A DNA stretch of 60,318 nucleotides, counting the filler, from Nemertoderma westbladi (lineage: Eukaryota; Animalia; Xenacoelomorpha), in the NCBI GenBank assembly GCA_032718475.1. It is 2 parts of 2 records of this genome, joined end to end, with 100 filler letters (N's around TTAATTAATTAA, not from the genome) between each part and the next. Parts side by side here need not be neighbours in the genome. Positions count along the whole stretch, not along the records: positions 31,933 to 60,318 come from JAUCBJ010001511.1; 1 more part is not named here. One strand, given 5' to 3'. Shown piece after piece: positions 48,985 through 60,318 of this stretch. A program made the position numbers and the translations under genes. Each line of letters begins with the position of its first letter. Position 1 is the first letter of the stretch. Below the pieces are notes generated by a model. The model saw nothing but the letters and a program-made list of their open reading frames with translations. It ran no database searches and had not been told where the DNA came from.

Positions 48985-51830
48985 TCTAGATCTAGAGAAT
49001 GTGCGTGATCTGTCTCTAGATCTATTTGGGGATCGTGATCTGCTTTTGTATCTATTGAGTGTCCATGATCTATCTCTGGATCTATTGGGGGTCGTGATCT
49101 ATTTGGTGTCCGTGATCTATCTATGGATCTATTGGGGGTCGTGATCTATTTCTGGATCTATTTGGTGTCCGTGATCTATCTCTGGATCTGTTGGGTGTCC
49201 ATGATCTAATTTTTGATCTATTGGGTGTCGGTGTTCTGTCCCTAGATCTATTTGGTGTCCGTGATCTGTCCCTAGATCTATTTGGTGTCCGTGATCTGTC
49301 CCTAGATCTATTTGGTGACCGTGATCTGTCCCTAGATCTATTTGGTGTCCGTGATCTGTCCCTAGATCTATTGGGTGTCCATGATCTATCTCTGGATCTA
49401 TTGGATGTCAGTGATCTGTCCCTAGATCTATTGGGTGTCCGTGATCTGTCCCTAGATCTATTTAATGTCAGTGATCTGTCCCTAGATCTATTGGGTGTCC
49501 GTGATCTGTCCCTAGATCTATTTAATGTCAGTGATCTGTCCCTAGATCTATTTGGTGTCCGTGATCTGTCCCAAGATCTATTTGGTGTCCGTGGTCTGTC
49601 TCTAGATCTATAGGGTGCCCGTGATCTGTCCCTAGATCTATTTGGAGTCCGTGGTCTGCCTGTAGATCTATTTGGCGTCCATGATTTGTCTCTAGATCTA
49701 TTGGGTGCCCGTGATCTGTCCCCAGATCTATTGGATGTCAGTGATCTGTCCCTAGATCTATTTGGTGTCCGTGATCTGTCCCTAGATCTATTGGGTGTCC
49801 GTGATCTGTCCCCAGATCTATTGGATGTCAGTGATCTGTCCCTAGATCTATTTGGTGTCCGTGATCTGTCCCTAGATCTATTTGGTGTCCGTGATCTGTC
49901 CCTAGATCTAGAGGATGTCCGTGATCTGTCTGTAGATCTATTTGGCATCCATGATCTGTCTCTTTTGATCTATTGGGTGTCCGTGATCTGTCCCTAGATC
50001 TATTGTATGTCAGTGATCTGTCCCAAGATCTATTTGGTGTCCATGATCTATCTCTGGATCTATTGGGTGTCCGTGATCTGTCCCTAGATCCATTTGGTGT
50101 CCGTGATCTGCCTCTTGTTCTATTTGGGGATCCTGATCTGTCTCTGGATCTATTGGGTGTCCATGATCTACCTTTGGTTCTATTGGGTGCCCGTAATCTG
50201 TCTATAGATCTATTTGGTGTCCATGATCTATCTCTGGATCTATTGGGTGTCCGTGATCTGCCTCTAGTTCTATTTGGGGGTCGTGATCTATTTCTGGATC
50301 TATTTGGTGTCCATGATCTATCTCTGGATCTATTGGGTGTCCGTGATCTGTCCCTAGATCCATTTGGTGTCCGTGATCTGCCTCTAGTTCTATTTGGGGA
50401 TCCTGATCTGTCTCTGGATCTATTGGGTGTCCATGATCTACCTTTGGTTCTATTTGGTGTCCGTGATCTGCCTCTAGTTCTATTTGGGGGTCGTGATCTA
50501 TTTCTGGATCTATTTGGTGTCCATGATCTGTCTCTTGATCTATTGGGTGTCCGTAATCTGTCAATAGATCCATTTGGTGTCCGTGATCTGCCTCTAGTTC
50601 TATTTGGTGATCCTGATCTGTCCCTAGATCTATTGGGTGTCCGTGATCTGTCCCTAGATCTATTGTATGTCAGTGATCTGTCCCAAGATCTATTTGGTGT
50701 CCATGATCTATCTCTGGATCTATTGGGTGTCCGTGATCTGTCCCTAGATCCATTTGGTGTCCGTGATCTGCCTCTTGTTCTATTTGGGGATCCTGATCTG
50801 TCTCTGGATCTATTGGGTGTCCATGATCTACCTTTGGTTCTATTGGGTGCCCGTAATCTGTCTATAGATCTATTTGGTGTCCATGATCTATCTCTGGATC
50901 TATTGGGTGTCCGTGATCTGCCTCTAGTTCTATTTGGGGGTCGTGATCTATTTCTGGATCTATTTGATGTCCATGATCTATCTCTGGATCTATTGGGTGT
51001 CCGTGATCTGTCCCTAGATCCATTTGGTGTCCGTGATCTGCCTCTAGTTCTATTTGGGGATCCTGATCTGTAACGGGATCTATTGGGTGTCCATGATCTA
51101 CCTTTGGTTCTATTTGGTGTCCGTGATCTGCCTCTAGTTCTATTTGGGGGTCGTGATCTATTTCTGGATCTATTTGGTGTCCATGATCTATCTCTGGATC
51201 TATTGGGTGTCCGTGATCTGTCCCTAGATCCATTTGGTGTCCGTGATCTGCCTCTAGTTCTATTTGGGGATCCTGATCTGTCTCTGGATCTATTGGGTGT
51301 CCATGATCTACCTTTGGTTCTATTGGGTGCCCGTAATCTGTCTATAGATCTATTTGGTGTCCATGATCTATCTCTGGATCTATTGGGTGTCCGTGATCTG
51401 CCTCTAGTTCTATTTGGGGGTCGTGATCTATTTCTGGATCTATTTGGTGTCCATGATCTATCTCTGGATCTATTGGGTGTCCGTGATCTGCCTCTAGTTC
51501 TATTTGGGGGTCGTGATCTATTTCTGGATCTATTTGGTGTCCATGATCTATCTCTGGATCTATTGGGTGTCCGTGATCTGTCCCTAGATCCATTTGGTGT
51601 CCGTGATCTGCCTCTAGTTCTATTTGGGGATCCTGATCTGTCTCTGGATCTATTGGGTGTCCATGATCTACCTTTGGTTCTATTTGGTGTCCGTGATCTG
51701 CCTCTAGTTCTATTTGGGGGTCGTGATCTATTTCTGGGTCTATTTGGTGTCCGTGATCTGTCCCCAGATCTATTTGGTGTCCATGGTCTATCTCTAGATC
51801 TCTTGGGTGTCCGTGATCTGCTTCTAGATG
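48985..51830 (-). repeat. 30-bp tandem array encoding (SRDRSRTPNR)n, ~95 units, with 660-bp higher-order duplication
   Basis: Direct reading; blocks starting at 49981 and 50641 begin identically. Confidence 0.95.
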
Positions 51831-53078
51831 ATATATTCTGTGCAGAAACCGCGGCGACTTGAGGGTTGCAAAATACGTGAAGAAAGTTGCAGGATTGATC
51901 TCCTTTAGGGCAATGGTTCGATCGAGCACCACCTAGAAGATATGAAGGTAAATAGTTTGTAATAAGAAAATAATAGTTCAAAAAAACTAAAACCGAAACG
52001 AAAGTTGTTGTGGCATAGGCGAGGAAATGTTAGGATAGGGGGCGTAAAATAAGATTATATTATAGTAAACTTTACAAAAATTAATTAAAACAGTAATTTC
52101 ACTTATTGGTACAGGCCGATGAGATAGTCAGCATGATACAGTCCCACCTAATGCAAACCAAACTTAACTCTTACCGCACACAGCTCTCTTCCAGTCTGTG
52201 ATCCCCAGTAACCTCGTCTCTATCTGCCGACCCGCGTACCAACGACCCTGGAACATTCCGCTGGCTGCCACGGCCTCAACCTCATCTGTGAACTGGATGT
52301 AGACGTTACCTCGAAGGTGTTTACTGTGGTTGCGACAGATCTGGATGAGGGAGATTATGATTATAGTTACTCGGCCCAATGTCGATAAAGCTAAGGTAAC
52401 ATTGACCCATATCGGGGATTATTCTCCGATGTTTCATTACCGGAAGCAGGACAATTCGGTCCGGACAATTCGGTCCCGGACAATTCGGTCCCGGACAATT
52501 CGGTCCCGGACAATTCGGTCCTAGGACAATTCGGTCCTAGGACAATTCGGACCTAGGACAATTCGGTCCCGGACAATTCGGTCCCATTTATTTAGTGTTT
52601 TGGGACCGAATTGTACGGACCGAATTGTCCGGGACCGAATTGACCAGGAAGGAATTGTCCTACATCCTTCAATACCAATTCCAACTCAGAAACGACACCA
52701 GCGTTGATCACAAAAATGAATGGATCTGTTGTTCTAGGAGTATTGATTGCTAATGTAAAATTTTCATTTATGAATGTTTAATTGTTAAATTAAAAATTAA
52801 AAAATTCATTTTGGAAAGGATAGATTGGCTATCACCCCCCCCCCCCCCCGCCCCCAACCCAAAATAAACTTACCAATAGCTGATTAATTTCTCCGATCTT
52901 TGAAAACTCGTTGCGGACATCGTAATAAAAGTCGGCAAGAGATTTATTGATGTCGTCATCGGTCCACTCGATGCTATAATTACCATGGCAACCACGCTCT
53001 GGTTGGAAACCAGTAAACATACCAGGAATCAGAAGTGTTCGTGTTGGCGGAACCACAGGGGGATGATTTCTTGTGCAC
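49828..53078 (-). CDS. ZRSR2: U2AF35-related ZRSR2 (3' exons 53078-52874, 52340-52175, 51932-49828; N-terminal exons not found in window)
   Basis: (R)CTRNH..P..TLLI.GMF, DFYYDVRNEFSKIG, CRN...HLRGNVYIQF, FQGRWYAGRQI, WKRAVCG, CPKG...CNFLHVF.NP give end of ZnF1, UHM and ZnF2 of ZRSR2, then the RS tail. GT-AG junctions keep frame. Confidence 0.9.
52442..52667. mobile_element. 226-bp Mutator-like MITE with 15-bp internal repeats, in ZRSR2 intron
   Basis: TIRs GGAAGCAGGACAATTC / GAATTGTCCTACATCC; 9-bp TSD TTCATTACC / TTCAATACC; (GGACAATTCGGTCCC)n. Confidence 0.8.
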
Positions 53079-56000
53079 CTAGTAGAACAAGAGAGCCAAT
53101 CAGTGCACCTAGTATAACAAGAGAGCCAATCAGTGCACCTAGTATAACAAGAGAGCAATCAGTGCACCTATAGTAGAACAAGAGAGCCAATCAGTGCACC
53201 TAGTAGAACAAGAGAGCCAATCAGAGCACCTAGTAGAACAAGAGAGCCAATCAGTGCACCTAGTAGAACAAGAGAGCCAATCAGTGCACCTAGTTGAACA
53301 AGAGAGCCAATCTGTGCACCTCGTAGAACAATAGAGCCAATCAGTGCACCTAGTATAACAAGAGAGCCAATCAGTGCACCTATAGTAGAACAAAAGAGCC
53401 AATCAGTGCACCTAGTAGAACAAGAGAGCCAATCAGTGCACCTAGTAGAACAAGAGAGCCAATCAGTGCACCTAGTAGAACAAGTAAGCCAATCAGTGCA
53501 CCTAGTAGAACAAGAGAGCCAATCAGTGCACCGAGTAGAACAAGAGAGCCAATCAATGCACCTAGTAGAACAAGAGAGCCAATCAGTGCACCTAGTTGAA
53601 CAAGAGAGCCAATCAGTGCACCAAGTAGAACAAGAGAGCCAATCAGTGCACCTTGCCGAACAAGAGAGCCACTCAGTGCACCTAGTAGAACAAGAGAGCC
53701 AATCAGTGCACCTAGTAGAACGAGAGAACCAATCAGTGCACCTAGTAGAACAAGAGAGCCAATCAGTGCACCTAGTTGAACAAGAGAGCCAATCAGTGCA
53801 CGTAGTAGAACAAGAGAGCTAATCAGTGCACCTAGTAGAACAAGAGAACCAATCAATGCACCTAGTAGAACAAGAGAACCAATCAGTGCATCTAGTAGAA
53901 CAAGAGAGCCAATCAGTGCACCTAGTAGAACAATAGAGCCAATCAGTGCACCTAGTTGAACAAGAGAGCCAATCAGTGCACCTAGTAGAACAAGAGAGCC
54001 AATCAGTGCACCTAGTAGAACAAGAGAACCAATCACTGCACCTAGTAGAACAAGAGAGCCAATCAGTGCACCTAGTTGAACAAGAGAGCCAATCAGAGCA
54101 CCTAGTAGAACAAGAGAGCCAATCAGTACACCTAGTAGAACAAGAGAGCCAATCAGTGCACCTAGTTGAACAAGAGAGCCAATCTGTGCACCTCGTAGAA
54201 CAATAGAGCCAATCAGTGCACCTAGTTGAACAAGAGAGCCAATCAGTGCACCTAGTAGAACAAGAGAGCCAATCAGTGCACCTAGTAGAACAAGAGAGCC
54301 AATCAGTGCACCTAGTTGAACAAGAGAGCCAATCAGTGCACCTAGTAGAACAAGAGAGCCAATCAGTGCACCTAGTAGAACATGAGAACCAACCAGTGCA
54401 CCTAGTAGAACAAGATAACCAATCAGTGCACCTAGTAGAACAAGGGAGCCAATCAGTGCACCTAGTAGAACAAGAGAGCCAATCAGTGCACCTAGTTGAA
54501 CAAGAGAGCCAATCAGTGCACCTAGTAGAACAAGAGAGCCAATCAGTGCACCTAGTAGAACAAGAGAACCAATCAGTGCACCTAGTAGAACAAGAGAGCC
54601 AATCAGTGCACCTAGTTGAACAAGAGAGCCAATCAGTGCACCTAGTAGAACAAGAGAACCAATCAGTGCACCTAGTAGAACAAGAGAGCCAATCAGTGCA
54701 CCTAGTAGAACAAGAGAGCCATCAGTGCACCTAGTAGAACAAGAGAGCCAATCAGTGCACCTAGTTGAACAAGAGAGCCAATCTGTGCACCTCGTAGAAC
54801 AATAGAGCCAATCAGTGCACCTAGTTGAACAAGAGAGCCAATCAGTGCACCTAGTAGAACAAGAGAACCAATCAGTGCACATAGTAGAACAGGAGAGCCA
54901 ATCAGTGCACCTAGTAGAACAAGAGAGCCGATCAGTGCACCTAGTAGAACAAGAGAGCCAATCAGTGCACCTAGTAGAACAAGAGAGCCAATCAGTGCAC
55001 CTAGTAGAACAAGAGAACCAATCAGTGCACCTAGTAGAACAAGAGAGCCAATCAGTGCACCTAGTAGAACAAGAGAGCCAATCAGTGCACCTAGTAGAAC
55101 AAGAGAGCCAATCAGTGCACCTAGTAGAACAAGAGAGCCAATCAGTGCACCTAGTAGAACAAGAGAACCAATCAGTGCACCTAGTAGAACAAGAGAGCCA
55201 ATCAGTGCACCTAGTAGAACAAGAGAGCCAATCAGTGCACTAGTAGAACAAGAGAGCCAATCAGTGCACCTAGTAGAACAAGAGAGCCAATCAGTGCACC
55301 TAGTAGAACAAGAGAGCCAATCAGTGCACCTAGTAGAACAAGAGAGCCAATCAGTGCACCTAGTAGAACAAGAGAGCCAATCAGTGCACCTAGTAGAACA
55401 AGAGAGCCAATCAGTGCACCTAGTAGAACAAGAGAACCAATCAGTGCACCTAGTAGAACAAGAGAGCCAATCAGTGCACCTAGTAGAACAAGAGAGCCAA
55501 TCAGTGCACCTAGTAGAACAAGAGAACCAATCAGTGCACCTAGTAGAACGAGAGAGCCAATCAGTGCACCTAGTAGAGCAAGAGAGTCAATCAGTGCACC
55601 TAGTAGAACAAGAGAGCCAATCAGTGCACCTAGTAGAACAAGAGAGCTAATCAGTGCACCTAGTAGAACAAGAGAGCCAATCAGTGCACCTAGTAGAACA
55701 AGAGAGCCAATCAGTGCACCTAGTAGAACAAGAGAGCGAATCAGTGCACCTAGTAGAACAAGAGAGCCAATCAGTGGACCTAGTAGAACAAGAGAGCCAT
55801 TCCGTGCTTCTAGTAGAATAAGTGAACCAATCAGTGCACCTATAAGAATGAGATAGTCAATCAGAGCTCATAGTTGTAAGAACAAGAGAGCCAAATCAGA
55901 ACTCCTAGTAGAACAAGAGAACCAATCAGTGCACCTAGTAGAACAAAAGAGCCAATCAGTGCACCTAGTAGAACAAGAGAGCCAATCAGTGCACCTAGTA

Positions 56001-56640
56001 GAACAAGAGAGCCAATCAGTGCACCTAGTAGAACAAGAGAGCCAATCAGTGCACCTAGTAGAACAAGAGAGCCAATCAGTGCACCTAGTAGAACAAGAGA
56101 GCGAATCAGTGCACCTAGTAGAACAAGAGAGCCAATCAGTACACCTAGTAAAACAAGAGAGCCATTCTGTGCTTCTAGTAGAACAAGAGAGCCAATCAGT
56201 GCACCTAGTAGAACAAAAGAGCGAATCAGTGCACCTAGTAGAACAAGAGAGCCAATCAATGCACCTAGTAAGTAGAACAAGAGAAGAGAGCCATTCTGTG
56301 CTTCTAGTAGAATAAGTGAACCAATCAGTGCACCTATGAGAATGAGATAGTCAATCAGAGGTCATAGTTGTAAGAAAAGAGAGCCAAATCAGAACTCCTA
56401 GTAGAACAGGATAGTTATTAGGTTAGTTGTTAGGACTCCTATTAGAATAAGAAGGCCAATCAGTGCTCCTATTAGAATATGAGAGTCAATAAATGCTGCT
56501 ATTAGTATAAGAGTGCCAATCAGTGCTTCTATTAGTATAAGAGAGCCAATCAGTGGACCTACTAGAATAAGATAGTCAATCAGTGTACCAAGTGGAGTAA
56601 GATAGTACATAAAGTAGTTCCTAATGGAATAAGATAATCA
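53073..56640 (-). repeat. 30-bp intronic satellite made of the ZRSR2 3' splice site (CTGATTGGCTCTCTTGTTCTACTAG|GTGCA), ~110 units, degenerate beyond ~55780
   Basis: The last unit supplies the functional acceptor of exon 53078-52874. Confidence 0.95.
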
Positions 56641-57399
56641 ACCAGATTGAACCTCATGTAATATAATTAGTATAGATATTCATATTAAATTATCAACGAA
56701 GACTGTAGGCTAGTATACTTTAAATTTGGATCAGCAATACATTATTTACACAGAAATAAAGATAATGATCACGTTGCTTTACAATTTTTGACTGCAATTT
56801 AAACATGAGACAGGTACCTCCCCCATATTACATTATATTATCGACCTTGGCCTATAATATAATTAGCCTGTGAGGTCCTCCAAAAAGCTACAACCCAATT
56901 ACCGACCGCGTTTCGTATTTATTTAATTGAACGATAACTAAGATATTTCCAGCAAATCTCAAAATCTATCCAAACCAGAAACTGGCCTATTCTTTATTCA
57001 ATTAATTTCTTGGGGAGTCAGGAGTCAACGTTAGGAGGTCCCTTGGGAACAGGGGCGTAGCCAGGATTTTGTTTTGGGGAGGGGCAAACTTTTGGAATTA
57101 AAAACAGTGTGCCTTATATACTGTAATGTCGTAATAAGTGCACGCGACCCCCCCCCCCCCCCCCCCGTGAAGCAATGAATCACACACAGTTGTTTTAATC
57201 TTATCAATTTTAAGATTAGAGTCCATTATGAATTCGATTTTATGAGCTACACGCTATTCGATATGTCACCAACTTGGATGTCAAGTGAATTACCGAACCT
57301 GGACTGGAGTAGGTTGTAATAGTGTATCTGTTAAAGTGGACTCTATGGCAACCCTGAATCGACTTGGTGGTCAGAAAAAAAATTATCTTTTCACTGGAC

Positions 57400-58752
57400 T
57401 TTATTTCAAGAACACTGGACTAGAGATTATTGCCAACTTTGTTATTTCAAGAACACCGAACTAGAGATTATTGCCAACTTTGTTATTTCAAGAACACTGG
57501 ACTAGAGATTATTGTCAACTTTGCCATTTCAAGAACACTGGACTAGAGATTATTGCCAACTTTGTTATTTCAAGAACACCGGACTAGAGATTATTGCCAA
57601 CTTTGTTATTTCAAGAACACCGGACTAGAGATTATTGCCAACTTTGTTATTTCAAGAACACCGGACTAGAGATTATTGCCAACGTTGTTATTTCAAGAAC
57701 ACTGGACTAGGTATTATTGCCAACTTTGTTATTTCAAGAACACTGGACTAGAGATTATTGCCAACTTTGTTATTTCAAGAGCACTGGAATACAGATTATT
57801 GCCAACTTTGTTATTTCAAGAACACCGGACTAGAGATTATTGCCAACTTTGTTATTTCAAGAACACTGGACTAGAGATTATTGCCAACTTTGTTATTTCA
57901 AGAACACCGGACTAGAGATTATTGCCAACTTTGTTATTTCAAGAACACTGGACTAGAGATTATTGCCAACTTTGTTATTTCAAGAACACCGGACTAGAGA
58001 TTATTGCCAACTTTGTTATTTCAAGAACACTGGACTAGAGATTATTGCCAACTTTGTTATTTCAAGAACACCGGACTAGAGATTATTGCCAACTTTGTTA
58101 TTTCAAGAACACTGGACTAGAGATTATTGCCAACTTTGTTATTTCAAGAACACCGGACTAGAGATTATTGCCAACTTTGTTATTTCAAGAACACCGGACT
58201 AGAGATTATTGCCAACTTTGTTATTTCAAGAACACTGGACTAGAGATTATTGCCAACTTTGTTATTTCAAGAACACTGGACTAGAGATTATTGCCAACTT
58301 TGTTATTTCAAGAACACCGGACTAGAGATTATTGCCAACTTTGTTATTTCAAGAACACTGGACTAGAGATTATTGCCAACTTTGTTATTTCAAGAACACC
58401 GGACTAGAGATTATTGCCAACTTTGTTATTTCAAGAACACTGGACTAGAGATTATTGCCAACTTTGTTATTTCAAGAACACCGGACTAGAGATTATTGCC
58501 AACTTTGTTATTTCAAGAACACTGGACTAGAGATTATTGCCAACTTTGTTATTTCAAGAACACCGGACTAGAGATTATTGCCAACTTTGTTATTTCAAGA
58601 ACACCGGACTAGAGATTATTGCCAACTTTGTTATTTCAAGAACACCGGACTAGAGATTATTGCCAACTTTGTTATTTCAAGAACACTGGACTAGAGATTA
58701 TTGCCAACTTTGTTATTTCAAGAACACCGGACTAGAGATTATTGCCAACTTT
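57400..58752. repeat. 41-bp minisatellite (TTTGTTATTTCAAGAACAC[T/C]GGACTAGAGATTATTGCCAAC), ~33 copies
   Basis: 41-bp period (57421, 57462, ...), head-to-tail, no spacers. Confidence 0.95.
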
Positions 58753-60318
58753 GAAAGTGCTTTGGTGACTGAGCGATTTGACGTGGCTTTATCTCTGGAT
58801 ATACCGCCATTACACTATGCCATAGTGAAGGCCGATCATGCCATGTCCTCGATAATGTTTGCGAGATTACATTTTATTTAACTATAGTCTTCATGTGTCA
58901 TGTGTGATAATACCGTGTTGTAAACGAAAAACTAATTACCCTAAGGAAAAGTTGGAGACAATACGACGCAGAAGCATAAAGGAGGAAGTTTCCTAATTAT
59001 TATCGGTATCACCTTATGGTACAACTAACTGCTATGCGGATTAATATATGATATACATGGGAAATACATTATGATAAATTCCCGAGACGCACCTGCTATC
59101 AGCACTCAGCAGGTGCAATTTCATGAGTTATGAATGTGGGGCTATAGGAGTTATTATAATATGGAATTATTTACAAAAATCACTGTGTTAGGAGGCCGTA
59201 AATCGAAGTGTGGGCGGGAAAATAGAAGCTTCATAACAATTAATAAAAAATAATTTCGATAAATATAAATTTTTCAAGTTGTGAAATTAATATTTTAAAT
59301 TCAAAATGCCTATCTTATCCGAGTCCAGTAAACCTAAGGAATCACACCTCTGAGAATGACGCCATTATATTCCGGTTGCACCAGTCAATGGCATAGGATA
59401 CAATTCTTATTTAACGAATGAGGCAATGTACAGCCGCGCGGTAACATCATCATATTGACTAAACCCGGCATCCTAGTAGTGGTGTAGGCCGATATCTATG
59501 TACAAGCCCAACCTTATCAAGCACTGTCAGTATATAAATAAACACGATGTGTTTGATATAAGAAAATTCGAGTGCAATTGATTAGCAGTATACATTGATT
59601 ACTCTAAGTGCAGGTACTGGCCGGACTAAGATAACAAATTCCATTCAGTGTCACTGCCACAATGATCAGTTTTCATTAAGAGTTGACAATCACAGAGAGT
59701 GCGTACCCTACATCGCTAAATGAACGACAAATGGAGATAGAATGGGGGGTGGGGGCAGCATGCCTTGCAGCGAAAGCAAAGTAAAGCATCACTCATGCAG
59801 ATAGATAGATAAGCCGAGTGGATATACTTGCAGATCCTTTCTTAGTACTTACTTAGTGTAGGCATCGCTCTACTGATGGGATGACCGTTACAAAGGGCAG
59901 CCCTAGTGAGGAGACCGACCAACCACGAACGGACCAGGCTCGCCGGTAATCCGAAAGCGGTAATTGCCGCCTACCGTTGGGGGAAGCGGAATTAATTTCC
60001 CGAATGATACGCTATGCTGCGCGTGGTATTCGTGCGACCTCCGTCAGAAGCCACCATTTATCCGGTGGAGCGTTCAAATTAAGTCGACAAGTCGGTATAG
60101 TAACAATCAATCAAGGTAGCGTGTTCTTGAGCAATATATACGGGATCAATATTACACCCCAACTACACCAACAATGTACAACAAACAGTATTACCTCAAC
60201 CTGTTTACCAAATATACGGTATAAATTCTAACAGGGAATATCTGCAGGGTTTATTGATTGTCAAAGGTGCGTTACAATCAGTCGTACTGTCCATAACGTA
60301 GTGGTAGTACATATCAAC

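Noticed and set aside
49191-51862. Plus-strand leucine-rich (DLSLDLLGVR)n ORFs resembling LRRs
   Set aside because: Antisense shadow of the ZRSR2 RS array.
53380-56315. 500-aa hydrophobic (LGALIGSLVL)n and (HLVEQESQSV)n ORFs
   Set aside because: Translations of the intronic 30-bp satellite; frames broken by indels, no unique domain.
57400-58752. CRISPR-like array
   Set aside because: Head-to-tail repeats without unique spacers; no cas genes; eukaryotic context.
59080-59970. Hairpins and CTGATG...GAAA spacing suggestive of a hammerhead or HDV-like ribozyme
   Set aside because: Core is CTGATGG, not CTGANGA, and I could not build the required stems; a covariance-model search would be needed.

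Overview
Eukaryotic (invertebrate metazoan-like) genomic scaffold with one 100-bp assembly gap. Seven host genes are supported: SYCP1-like, PPP1R36 (6 exons), beta-PIX/ARHGEF7-like, CHRAC1 (2 exons, 13-kb intron), an AKR1 aldo-keto reductase, 14-3-3 epsilon-like and the 3' part of ZRSR2 (U2AF35-related). There is also a frameshifted RDH12/13-like SDR. The CHRAC1 intron is almost entirely nested DNA transposons, including a 9.7-kb foldback-type Mutator element with ~2.2-kb modular inverted arms and an apparently intact DDE transposase ORF. The most unusual observation is in ZRSR2, itself a 3'-splice-site recognition factor. Its 3' splice site (branch point, pyrimidine tract, TAG/G) is tandemly amplified ~110 times directly upstream of the true acceptor, and its RS tail is expanded into a ~3-kb decapeptide array. 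Family assignments come from my recognition of motifs, not database searches; coordinates were counted by hand.
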